A stretch of 39,705 nucleotides of DNA from a virus, in IMG/VR virus record IMGVR_UViG_3300043120_000159, positions 1 to 39,705 of that record. One strand, written 5' to 3'. Position 1 is the first letter of the stretch. Each line of letters starts with the position of its first letter. This document shows, in pieces, positions 8,573 through 15,752 of the stretch. A program made the position numbers and the translations under genes. Below the pieces are notes generated by a model, which saw only the letters and a program-made list of their open reading frames with translations, did not search any database and was not told where the DNA came from.

Positions 8573-8872
8573 ATGAGTCTCGGACAGACTATTTCGTGGG
8601 GCCCTGTGGAAGATCTGAATCTGGACGCATTCAACTACAGCGTGCCCGAGGCGGACCATCGCCAACGCGTCAGGGTTTATTCCGTCCCCACTGACGTCGA
8701 CGCCGGCGGCTACTTCGTCGCCGTGTCTGCGCCCTGGGACCCAGTCGTGGTCCCCCCCAGCAGGGTGAAGGACACCGCGCTGCTGGTTGAGTACGACCTT
8801 GACCCCGACGGAACCTTCCAGGTCAAGACCATGCTGCCGCAGATCAAGCGGGCAATGCAGGTGCCCTATTGA
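8573..8872 (+). CDS. Hypothetical protein between DGR target and avd
   Basis: 99 aa with AAAGGAG RBS 8 nt upstream. No recognisable motif. Position suggests a fibre-assembly or DGR accessory role. Confidence 0.55.
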   Translation: MSLGQTISWGPVEDLNLDAFNYSVPEADHRQRVRVYSVPTDVDAGGYFVAVSAPWDPVVVPPSRVKDTALLVEYDLDPDGTFQVKTMLPQIKRAMQVPY

Positions 8873-9213
8873 GCCTGATGGACGGACTGAAGATCCTGGC
8901 CAAGATGGAGGAGCTTGACGCATACGCCCACAAGGCCATGCTTCAGTTTCCGAAATATGAACGCCATGTGCTGTGCGCGGCCATTCGCGAGACTTCCGCG
9001 GGGATTATCCGTTTGGTCGTGCGCTGCGCAAAGCGCTACCACAAAAAGACCTCGCTTCAGGATTTGGACATTGAAGTCGAATACCTGAGAACTCTTGTGA
9101 GGAAGGCTCATGCGCTGGGCTACATCAACGTCCATCGCTATGAAGTGTGGTCTCGCCATATTGACGAAGTGGGGCGCATGGTCGGGGGCTGGATCAAGCA
9201 TGTAAAATCTTAG
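8869..9213 (+). CDS. avd: DGR accessory variability determinant (Avd, four-helix-bundle protein)
   Basis: ~112 aa and basic. FPKYERHVLCAAIRETSAGIIRLVVRCAKRY...LDIEVEYLRTLVRKAHALGYINVHRYEVWSRHIDEVGRMVGGWIKH matches the four-helix-bundle/Avd pattern. It is immediately upstream of the TR and RT. Start is TTG 8869 or ATG 8878. Confidence 0.8.
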   Translation: MSLMDGLKILAKMEELDAYAHKAMLQFPKYERHVLCAAIRETSAGIIRLVVRCAKRYHKKTSLQDLDIEVEYLRTLVRKAHALGYINVHRYEVWSRHIDEVGRMVGGWIKHVKS

Positions 9214-9228
9214 GGCAGGCACCTGTTA

Positions 9229-9327
9229 CGGCGGCAACTGGAGCAACGGCTCGAACGCGGGCTTGTTCAACTTGAACTTGAACAACGTCGCTTCGAACTC
9301 GAACACGAACATCGGCTGCCGCCTCGC
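9229..9327 (+). repeat. DGR template repeat (TR)
   Basis: 99 nt with 23 adenines. In the VR frame it encodes GGNWSNGSNAGLFNLNLNNVASNSNTNIGCRL with 10 AAC codons. It matches VR1 and VR2 except at adenines. The 3' GC-rich block cggctgccgcctcgc is shared by all three copies. Confidence 0.92.
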
Positions 9328-9426
9328 AACCGGGCTCAAGCCAGAAGGGTGCGCTTTACGGAGCACACTCCAGCGCTTTTCGTTTGGGGCGCCTGTCCTC
9401 CCTACCCAACAGGGAAAGATACATAA

Positions 9427-9482
9427 GCCGAGGCGGCGAGTAAGCCCCGGAAAGGGGCCCAAAGTGGCCTCGGCCTTTTTTT
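9427..9482 (+). terminator. Terminator-like compound hairpin plus T7 run inside the TR-RT spacer
   Basis: The outer stem gccgaggc (9427..9434) pairs with gcctcggc (9467..9474). The inner stem is gcccc-ggaaa-ggggc. Then cttttttt (9475..9482), ending 18 nt before the RT start. Confidence 0.5.
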
Positions 9483-9500
9483 GACCAGAGGAGAATACTG

Positions 9501-10571
9501 GTGCCGAAAACACATGGCGACCTTTGGAAACAGATCATCTCATTCGACACGCTCTGCGGAGCCTTTAACCAGGCCCGCCTCGGAAAACGCTACACGCCTG
9601 AAGCACTACGGTTCGCCAGCCGACTTGAAGAAAATCTGATCAATATCCAGAACCACCTGATTTGGAAGACATGGTCTCCGGGTAAATGGAGGGAGTTCTG
9701 GGTTTACGACCCGAAGTGGAGACAGATTCAGGCGCCGCCCTTCTACGATCGCGTTGTCCACCATGCGCTTGTGAGCGTTGTTGAGCCTCTTTTTGAGCGC
9801 AAGTTTATTCACGACTCGTATGCCTGTCGGCGCGGTAAGGGCACTCACGCCGCCGTGTACCGCCTTCAGTCTTTCTTGCGACGCACGCGGCGGCACTGGC
9901 CGCGGGTTTACGTCGTCAAGGCCGACATCTCGAAATACTTTCCATCCATAAATCACTCCAGACTGGAGCAACAGCTCGGCAGAACCCTGCGCGACCAGGA
10001 CGCCTTATGGCTGTGTAGCAAAATCATACGCGAAAACGGATATGAAAGGCGGGGCATTCCTGTGGGCGCCCTTACTTCGCAGCTTTTTGCCAACATTTAC
10101 CTGAACGAGCTGGACCACTTCGTGAAGGATGAACTTGGAGTAAAGCACTATGTCCGGTACATGGATGACTTTGTTTTTCTTGGCCCGGACAAGGCCCGCT
10201 TGCGGCGGCTACTTTCCGTCATCGAGGAAAAGCTCGTCATGGATTTGCGGCTTGCCTTGAACCCAAAGACCTGCATTTTCCCCGCATCAAGAGGTGTGGA
10301 CTTTGCCGGGTATCGCACTTGGGCCACCCACATAAAGCCTCGAAAAAAGAACGTCACAAGAATGCGCAAGCGGCTCACGCGCATGGCTGATCTTTACGCC
10401 CAGGGCCGCGCATCCCTTGAGGATGTCCGCGCAAGGGTGATGTCGTTTATTGGATACATGAAACACTGCTCTGGCCACGTGACGACCCAAAGAGTTCTTC
10501 AGGAGATCGTTTTGACCAGGGAGAACAAGGCGCAGGAACAAGAGCCTGCGCCAAGGAGGTGGAAGTTATGA
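9501..10571 (+). CDS. DGR reverse transcriptase
   Basis: 356 aa with a GTG start after GAGGAG. Catalytic YVRYMDDFVFLG. The DGR-clade motif IPVGALTSQLFANIYLNELD (GxxxSQ) is present. It is adjacent to avd and the TR. Confidence 0.95.
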   Translation: MPKTHGDLWKQIISFDTLCGAFNQARLGKRYTPEALRFASRLEENLINIQNHLIWKTWSPGKWREFWVYDPKWRQIQAPPFYDRVVHHALVSVVEPLFERKFIHDSYACRRGKGTHAAVYRLQSFLRRTRRHWPRVYVVKADISKYFPSINHSRLEQQLGRTLRDQDALWLCSKIIRENGYERRGIPVGALTSQLFANIYLNELDHFVKDELGVKHYVRYMDDFVFLGPDKARLRRLLSVIEEKLVMDLRLALNPKTCIFPASRGVDFAGYRTWATHIKPRKKNVTRMRKRLTRMADLYAQGRASLEDVRARVMSFIGYMKHCSGHVTTQRVLQEIVLTRENKAQEQEPAPRRWKL

Positions 10572-11374
10572 ACAGTCCTCTTGCATGGCTTGGCGGGAAG
10601 TCTCGTCTAGCCAAGAAAATCGTCCCGATGTTGCCTCCTCATGAACACTATGGAGAGCCGTTTGCCGGGGCCGGGTGGATATTCTTCCGCAAGGCCCCGT
10701 CTCGAGTCGAGTCTTTGAATGACATCAACTCGGATCTGGTGTCCTTTTATAGGGTGCTCCAGAACCACCTGGAAGAGTTTTGCCGGCAATTCCGTTGGCT
10801 GCTCTCTTCAAGGGAAATCTTTGAAGACTTCAACCGCCAGAGAGATGCCGGCGGGCTGACGGACATCCAAAGAGCTGCTCGGTTCTACTATGTTCAGCGG
10901 CAGGCTTTTGGGGGAAAGGTTTATGGCCAGTCGTTCGGGGTGGACCGGTCCAGTCCCCCGCGGATCAATCTCCTGCGCATCGAGGAGGAGCTGTCCGCAG
11001 TTCATCTCAGGCTTACCGGCGTCACTCTGGAAAACCTACCCTGGCACCGGTATCTCGAAAAATATGACGGGAAAGAGACGCTCTTCTACCTCGATCCTCC
11101 ATACTATGGCTGTGAGTCCGATTACGGGAAAGATATATTCACCAGGGGCGACTTTGACAGGCTTGCGGAGCGCCTTGCGAAGATCCAGGGCAAGTTCCTC
11201 CTCAGCCTGAACGACACCCCGGAGGTGAGAGATATCTTCGGAGGCTTTTTCGTTGAAGGAACCACTACCAGATACACGGTTAACGGAGCCAATCCGCGCA
11301 CAGTTGGCGAGGTTCTAGTGATGAACTACAAGCCTTCTGCCGGACTACTGGATCTGATTGAGAACAAGAGCTAA
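10568..11374 (+). CDS. N6-adenine DNA methyltransferase (D12 class, Dam-like)
   Basis: MNSPLAWLGGKSRLAKKIVPMLP...EPFAGAGWIFF (AdoMet site) and LFYLDPPYYG (DPPY catalytic motif). ATG 10568 overlaps the RT stop (ATGA). Confidence 0.85.
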   Translation: MNSPLAWLGGKSRLAKKIVPMLPPHEHYGEPFAGAGWIFFRKAPSRVESLNDINSDLVSFYRVLQNHLEEFCRQFRWLLSSREIFEDFNRQRDAGGLTDIQRAARFYYVQRQAFGGKVYGQSFGVDRSSPPRINLLRIEEELSAVHLRLTGVTLENLPWHRYLEKYDGKETLFYLDPPYYGCESDYGKDIFTRGDFDRLAERLAKIQGKFLLSLNDTPEVRDIFGGFFVEGTTTRYTVNGANPRTVGEVLVMNYKPSAGLLDLIENKS

Positions 11375-11388
11375 ACACAGGCCCAAAA

Positions 11389-11412
11389 GACTCCCCAGCA
11401 CCAACGGGAGTC
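11389..11412. terminator. Weak stem-loop between convergent methyltransferase and repressor genes
   Basis: gactccc-N10-gggagtc, a 7-bp stem with no clear U-tract. Confidence 0.25.
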
Positions 11413-11429
11413 CTCGCTCTTGCCAAATA

Positions 11430-12320
11430 TCAAGAACCCAAGCCCTTGGCCCTGCGAGGCCCCTGATACTCATTCGTCTTCCTGCCCGAAGACGTGCCAA
11501 CCTTCCTGGCCGGTCCCGCTTCTTCTGAGGCGGGGCCGCGCCGGGATTTTATCGCCTCGAGCATGGCCTGATGAACAAGCTCCTCCGGAGCGTTGGCTCT
11601 TTCGAACTCCCTTCGCACATCTTCCAGCTCTCGACCAAGCTCAGACTTGCCCGCCTCCTCGCCCTGAGATGGCCCCTGAGCGTCTTCTTTGTCTTTTCCG
11701 GGGAACACCCCGGCAAAGGCGGGCGAAATGCTCCCTGTCTCAAGTGAGGCAGTTTCTTTTGCCCACCTGCGCTGGGCAACCTCAGACAGAGGCCCGCCCT
11801 GTGAAAAAATATCTCCATCCACAGTAGGCTGCCCGATTTGCGCGAGAGCAAAGTTGGCGTTCAAGCCATAGCGGACTACCCACCGGGCCAAAGCCAGCGC
11901 CGGGGGCTGAAGACGTGCGCCAAGACAGGCGTCGAGACAGGCACGATTCATTCCACCTACTTTCGCGACTTCGTCCAGGTCGGCCTCAACCTCTCCTTCG
12001 AAAAAATCCCTCAGCGCATCCGCAGTGGCCACGAGATCCGAGTTGAACTCGGCGTCGGCTGGGTCGAAATAAGCATCCGGCCCCCTTGGCGCATACATTT
12101 CGCCTTCACCTGTCAGCAGCCAGCCAGGGTCAACGCCAAAATTTAGTGAAAAAGCCGCGACGGTTTGCACGTTCGGCAGGGCAGCCCCCTCCAGATAGTT
12201 CCGGAGAGTCTGGGGCTTCTTGATACCGGCCTTTGCGGCCATATCCTTGAGGGAGAGCCCTTGCTCATCTTTGATTGCGCAAAGCCGTTGCGCGAACTGT
12301 TCCTTGTTAAAAAAAGACAT
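11430..12320 (-). CDS. CI-like lysogeny repressor (XRE-family HTH)
   Basis: N-terminus FAQRLCAIKDEQGLSLKDMAAKAGIKKPQTLRNYLEGAALPNVQTVAAFSLNFGVDPGWLLTGEG is a classic HTH_3 domain. It is transcribed divergently from the early genes. Confidence 0.75.
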   Translation of the reverse strand: MSFFNKEQFAQRLCAIKDEQGLSLKDMAAKAGIKKPQTLRNYLEGAALPNVQTVAAFSLNFGVDPGWLLTGEGEMYAPRGPDAYFDPADAEFNSDLVATADALRDFFEGEVEADLDEVAKVGGMNRACLDACLGARLQPPALALARWVVRYGLNANFALAQIGQPTVDGDIFSQGGPLSEVAQRRWAKETASLETGSISPAFAGVFPGKDKEDAQGPSQGEEAGKSELGRELEDVRREFERANAPEELVHQAMLEAIKSRRGPASEEAGPARKVGTSSGRKTNEYQGPRRAKGLGS

Positions 12321-12333
12321 CGACTCCGTTTCC

Positions 12334-12349
12334 TAGTTGACAGCAACTA
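12334..12349. promoter_or_regulatory. Perfect palindrome TAGTTGacagCAACTA in the divergent repressor/cro intergenic region (candidate operator, contains TTGACA)
   Basis: tagttg and caacta are reverse complements. A related half-site pair AGTTaaggCAAC lies at 12364..12375. Confidence 0.5.
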
Positions 12350-12412
12350 ACTTTTGGTCTACCAGTTAAGGCAACACATTTTTATAAACCTTTAACACAA
12401 GGAAATATCGTT

Positions 12413-12712
12413 ATGAAAACAAATCTTCCGCGTCAAGGCCGTATCGTCGGTTGGCTGAAGATGCAGGGCGCAACCCTGGGAGATTTGGCAGACCATCTGG
12501 GCGTGTCCGTTGGCCACACCAGCAAGATCTGCAACTCCGAAACGGCCCCCACGTCCATCCGGGAAAAGATGGAGTCTTACAGGGCTCCCACTGGCGAGCG
12601 TATCCCAGTCGAGCTGCTGCCCGTCGGCAAAGACAGAAAGCGCGGGCCCGAGAAAGGCTGGCTTGACAGACTGAAGGCGCAGGCCGCGGCCGGCCAATCC
12701 ATGAGCGCATAG
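12413..12712 (+). CDS. Cro-like small DNA-binding regulator
   Basis: 99 aa. VGWLKMQGATLGDLADHLGVSVGHTSKI is HTH-like. It is the first rightward gene opposite the repressor. Confidence 0.5.
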   Translation: MKTNLPRQGRIVGWLKMQGATLGDLADHLGVSVGHTSKICNSETAPTSIREKMESYRAPTGERIPVELLPVGKDRKRGPEKGWLDRLKAQAAAGQSMSA

Positions 12713-12774
12713 TTTTCTCATGATTCGCTGATGCAATCTTTTTTCGAAACCTTCCACGATAAAAACGGAGAAAA

Positions 12775-13251
12775 ATGACCATGTCGATAGACCCGTCCAC
12801 CCATCGGAGCCTTGTAGACCTCTTGTACGAGGTCGCCCACCGCGCTCCATCTGGAAAATCATTCACGCAGATCGCGGAGCTCATGAACAAGCCGTACTCG
12901 ACTCTGGCCAGCGAGCTGAACGCCGGGATCGACACCCACAAGTTCGGGGCCGGGGATCTTCTTTTGCTTATGGAGCTTGCCGAGAGCGACGCCCCTGTCG
13001 ACTTTCTGGCGCAAAAGCGTGGCGGCGTTTTTGTGAAGATGCCTCGCATCAAGGCCAAAGGGCCCATCGACCAGGCGTCCATTAAGGCTGTTAAGGAGTT
13101 TGGCGAACTCATGGCCGCGTATGGCCAGGCGCTTGAAGACGGAAAGCTCAAAAGCCACGAGCGCAAGGAAGTCCTCAAGGAAGGCTATGAAGCCATCGAA
13201 GCCGTGATGGCCCTGTTGCGCCACGTAGAAGATATGGAGATCTCGGAATGA
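12775..13251 (+). CDS. Phage regulatory protein CII-like (CP76 family)
   Basis: FTQIAELMNKPYSTLASELNAGIDTHKFGAGDLLLLMELAESDAPVDFLA...ALEDGKLKSHERKEVLKE fits the Phage_CP76 pattern. It sits after the cro-like gene. Confidence 0.55.
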   Translation: MTMSIDPSTHRSLVDLLYEVAHRAPSGKSFTQIAELMNKPYSTLASELNAGIDTHKFGAGDLLLLMELAESDAPVDFLAQKRGGVFVKMPRIKAKGPIDQASIKAVKEFGELMAAYGQALEDGKLKSHERKEVLKEGYEAIEAVMALLRHVEDMEISE

Positions 13252-13856
13252 GCTCGGCATGGATCCAGACACAGAGCGGCCAACAGTTCTTTCCTTTTGA
13301 TCCCTTTCGCAACGAATACAGGATCGAGGACATAGCTCATGCGCTTGGGAATATATGTCGGTTCGCCGGGCACACCAAAGAGTTCTACAGTGTTGCCCAG
13401 CATTGCGTCTTGGTCTCGGAAAACGTCCTGCCGGAGTTCTCCAAGTGGGGGCTTCTCCATGATGCGGCCGAAGCGTACTTCGGGGACCTTCCGAGCCCAA
13501 TCAAGTCCATCATGCCGGAATACCACGCCGTAGAACATCAAACGGCAGCGCTTATTGCTGACGCGTTCGACATAACGCTCGACCCCGAGATGGAACTGGC
13601 AGTCAAGATGGTAGACAGGCTCGTTTTTTGGGGAGAGGTCGCGCAGCTGATGCAGCCTATTCACCCCGACCTCCGCCACCAGATGAAAGAGGTCGGCATC
13701 GGCGACCAGGGCCCGGACATCAAAATCACCCCCTTGCCCCCCGCCCAGGCCTCAGCGCTTTTCCTGAATCGGTTTCAGGAGCTCTGGCTCGACAAGAACA
13801 AGGAGAGCCGCGATGAAGACGCTCTTGGCTTTATGGAAAACCAGAACCGAACTTGA
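13248..13856 (+). CDS. HD-domain phosphohydrolase
   Basis: EDIAHALGNICRFAGHT...YSVAQHCVLVS...WGLLHDAAEAYFGDLPSPIK carries the H...HD...D metal-binding pattern of the YfbR-like HD family. Confidence 0.6.
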   Translation: MSSAWIQTQSGQQFFPFDPFRNEYRIEDIAHALGNICRFAGHTKEFYSVAQHCVLVSENVLPEFSKWGLLHDAAEAYFGDLPSPIKSIMPEYHAVEHQTAALIADAFDITLDPEMELAVKMVDRLVFWGEVAQLMQPIHPDLRHQMKEVGIGDQGPDIKITPLPPAQASALFLNRFQELWLDKNKESRDEDALGFMENQNRT

Positions 13857-14031
13857 ACGGCTTTCTTGCCAGCCCGAGCTCCTGCCGAGCGAAAAGGCCG
13901 CGCTTCGCGGCGCGAGAGGGACTTTGAAGTTTATCGCCGAACGGCTGGAAGAAAGGGAAGCCAGGGACAATGAACCAGACTGGAGAGAAGCCCAACTGCC
14001 GAACGGAGATCGAGAAGAACTTGCGAGGTGA
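13813..14031 (+). CDS. Hypothetical small protein
   Basis: 72-aa charged ORF that overlaps the end of the HD gene by 44 nt. No motif. Confidence 0.35.
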   Translation: MKTLLALWKTRTELERLSCQPELLPSEKAALRGARGTLKFIAERLEEREARDNEPDWREAQLPNGDREELAR

Positions 14032-14033
14032 CC

Positions 14034-14183
14034 ATGTCGGCTACTTACGTGACCCTAGGCGCCCTGACCCTGTTTGCAGTGGGGCTGGCGGCAATTCGAC
14101 TGATGAAAAGGCTCAAGGCCAAAAGACGCGAGACAGGGCTGTCTTTGGACTTTGAGAAGATGAAAGCAAACGAGCGAATATAG
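14034..14183 (+). CDS. Hypothetical small membrane protein (49 aa, single TM)
   Basis: Translated by hand: MSATYVTLGALTLFAVGLAAIRLMKRLKAKRRETGLSLDFEKMKANERI. GAGGTG lies upstream. It is below the ORF-track length cutoff. Confidence 0.3.
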   Translation: MSATYVTLGALTLFAVGLAAIRLMKRLKAKRRETGLSLDFEKMKANERI

Positions 14184-14193
14184 GAGCAAAAAC

Positions 14194-15405
14194 GTGAATA
14201 CCAATGTTTCCGAAGCAATCAAGCTGGCCCTTGCTGAATTGGAGAAAGCCGAAGAAAAGCACCCCAACTGGCCATCCGATCCGATTCACGCGGCGGCAAT
14301 AGTGGCCGAAGAGGCTGGAGAGCTGATCCAAGCGTCACTGGACACCACCTATTCCGGCGGAAGCCAAGACAGGATGCGCGCCGAGGCATCTCAGGTGGCT
14401 GCTATGGGGCTTCGATTCCTTGCAAACCTCTCTACCCCAGGCCTTCGCGAACCTCACGTTGTCGGAGTTTCGTTCGACGGCGCAGGAACGTGGCAGCGCG
14501 TCGACGAAGACGGAAACAACAAGACCACCGAAACCGCATACTTCAACAACCATCCGACCTACGCAGAGATTCAGGACACCACCATTGACGAGCAGGACAT
14601 GGTCCAGATCCCCAAGTTCTACTACAAGGTCGAGCAGGCCCCCGCCGGCAGCGACCAGGCTGGCAAGAAGTGCTGGTGGATCTCCGATCAGCCCGCCGCA
14701 GGCTTTGAGCTGCATCCCGCATTCATGGACGGCGGAGTAGAGATCGACCGCTTTTACGTGGGCAAATACGAAGGCACCGATGACGCGGGAACCAAGGTCG
14801 GCTCCGCTGCCGGCGTTTCCCCCTTGGGCGGGCTTGATTTTTGCGAGACGAAAGAGCGCTGCGAAGCAAGAGGCGCAGGATGGGGGATGTGGGACATCTG
14901 GCAGCTTGGTGCCATCCAGATGCTGGCACTGATCGAGCTTGGCACGCCCGACGTCCAGTCTGTCGTCTCGAGAGGAAACGTGAACGGGTCGGGGCTACGG
15001 AAGACAGGGAGCACTGGAGCAGTCTGGCGCGGGATCCACGAGCTGTGGGGCAACTCTCTTCACATGGTGGACGGACTCGTTGCCAACCCTGAGAACCGGC
15101 TCTTTGTTCGTTCCTCTGAAAACCAGAAAGCATGGTTGGATGTAGGCGCCGAAGCATGCGCAAGATCGGGATGGATAAGCGCATTCGAAAGCAAGGTTCC
15201 CGCCGCATTTGTCCCGAGCGAAACAGGGAGCGATGATGAAGTCGTGGGCGACTATTACTGGCCTGCATACAAGGGCGAGGAAAATATCTGCTACCACGGC
15301 GGCCACTGGAGCTACGGCTCGTACGCGGGCTTGTTCTACTTGGACTTGCACTACGTCGCTTCGTACTCGAACACGAACCTCGGCTGCCGCCTCGCCAAAC
15401 GGTAA
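14194..15405 (+). CDS. DGR target 2: chimeric MazG-like N-terminal domain fused to CLec/FGE-fold domain carrying VR2
   Basis: GTG start after TAGGAG. aa 1..~90 (KHPNWPSDPIHAAAIVAEEAGELIQ...ASQVAAMGLRFLANL) resemble small phage MazG-like NTP pyrophosphohydrolases. From GAGTWQRVDEDGNNKTT onward it parallels the tail-fibre C-terminal domain. It ends ...CYHGGHWSYGSYAGLFYLDLHYVASYSNTNLGCRLAKR (VR2). Confidence 0.85.
   Translation: MNTNVSEAIKLALAELEKAEEKHPNWPSDPIHAAAIVAEEAGELIQASLDTTYSGGSQDRMRAEASQVAAMGLRFLANLSTPGLREPHVVGVSFDGAGTWQRVDEDGNNKTTETAYFNNHPTYAEIQDTTIDEQDMVQIPKFYYKVEQAPAGSDQAGKKCWWISDQPAAGFELHPAFMDGGVEIDRFYVGKYEGTDDAGTKVGSAAGVSPLGGLDFCETKERCEARGAGWGMWDIWQLGAIQMLALIELGTPDVQSVVSRGNVNGSGLRKTGSTGAVWRGIHELWGNSLHMVDGLVANPENRLFVRSSENQKAWLDVGAEACARSGWISAFESKVPAAFVPSETGSDDEVVGDYYWPAYKGEENICYHGGHWSYGSYAGLFYLDLHYVASYSNTNLGCRLAKR
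15297..15395 (+). repeat. DGR variable repeat VR2
   Basis: Alignment to TR 9229..9327 (offset 6068). There are 9 differences, all at TR adenines (9236, 9245, 9254, 9269, 9275, 9281, 9284, 9296, 9311). Confidence 0.92.
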
Positions 15406-15434
15406 ACTGAGCCCTGCAACCTGCATTCTGAACA

Positions 15435-15452
15435 GGATCGCGAAAGCGAGCC
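15435..15452 (+). promoter_or_regulatory. Hairpin with GAAA tetraloop downstream of VR2 (DGR target-recognition element)
   Basis: ggatcgc-gaaa-gcgagcc starts 30 nt after the stop codon. Spacing and GNRA loop match the VR1 hairpin. Confidence 0.65.
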
Positions 15453-15470
15453 TATTAGGAGGTTAAGAAA

Positions 15471-15752
15471 ATGAAACATGAAGCCGCCTCTTCGACAGTC
15501 GAGATAGTCAAGAACACCATCAAGGAGCTGTTTTCCGATGCTGCCGACCTGGCTCGTCTCGGGCACAAGGAGCTGCTCACGGGACGCGAGGTTGAACTGA
15601 TCTACAGCTACCCGTCGTCAACCCAAGAAAAGGATCGGTGCGCAGGCATCGGGCCCTCGTACATCAAGAGGGGGAAGCGAGTCCTGTATCGTCGTCGGGA
15701 TCTGGATCAGTATTTCGGCGCTTTGAGAGTGAAAACCAGAGACCAGGTGTAA
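15471..15752 (+). CDS. xis: Excisionase / AlpA-type HTH DNA-binding protein
   Basis: ELLTGREVELIY...GIGPSYIKRGKRVLYRRRDLDQYF matches the MerR/HTH_17 excisionase pattern (G.GP.Y.K.G..V.Y...DL..W). It is adjacent to the integrase. Confidence 0.65.
   Translation: MKHEAASSTVEIVKNTIKELFSDAADLARLGHKELLTGREVELIYSYPSSTQEKDRCAGIGPSYIKRGKRVLYRRRDLDQYFGALRVKTRDQV

Noticed and set aside
9263-9484. 73-aa ORF (MFNLNLNNVASNSNTNIGCRLATG...)
   Set aside because: It is the translation of the DGR template repeat and spacer in the VR frame. The TR is a non-coding RNA template. There is no RBS, and the ORF runs through the terminator-like hairpin.
9501-10571. RT as a retron, group II intron or Abi-type RT
   Set aside because: There are no intron RNA domains, maturase or endonuclease extension, and no msr/msd-like inverted repeats. 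The adjacent TR with adenine-specific VR mismatches, the avd gene and the GxxxSQ motif identify it as a DGR RT.
11420-11827. 135-aa + strand ORF after the methyltransferase
   Set aside because: It is antisense to the C-terminal half of the repressor gene, Pro/Arg-rich, and has no RBS.
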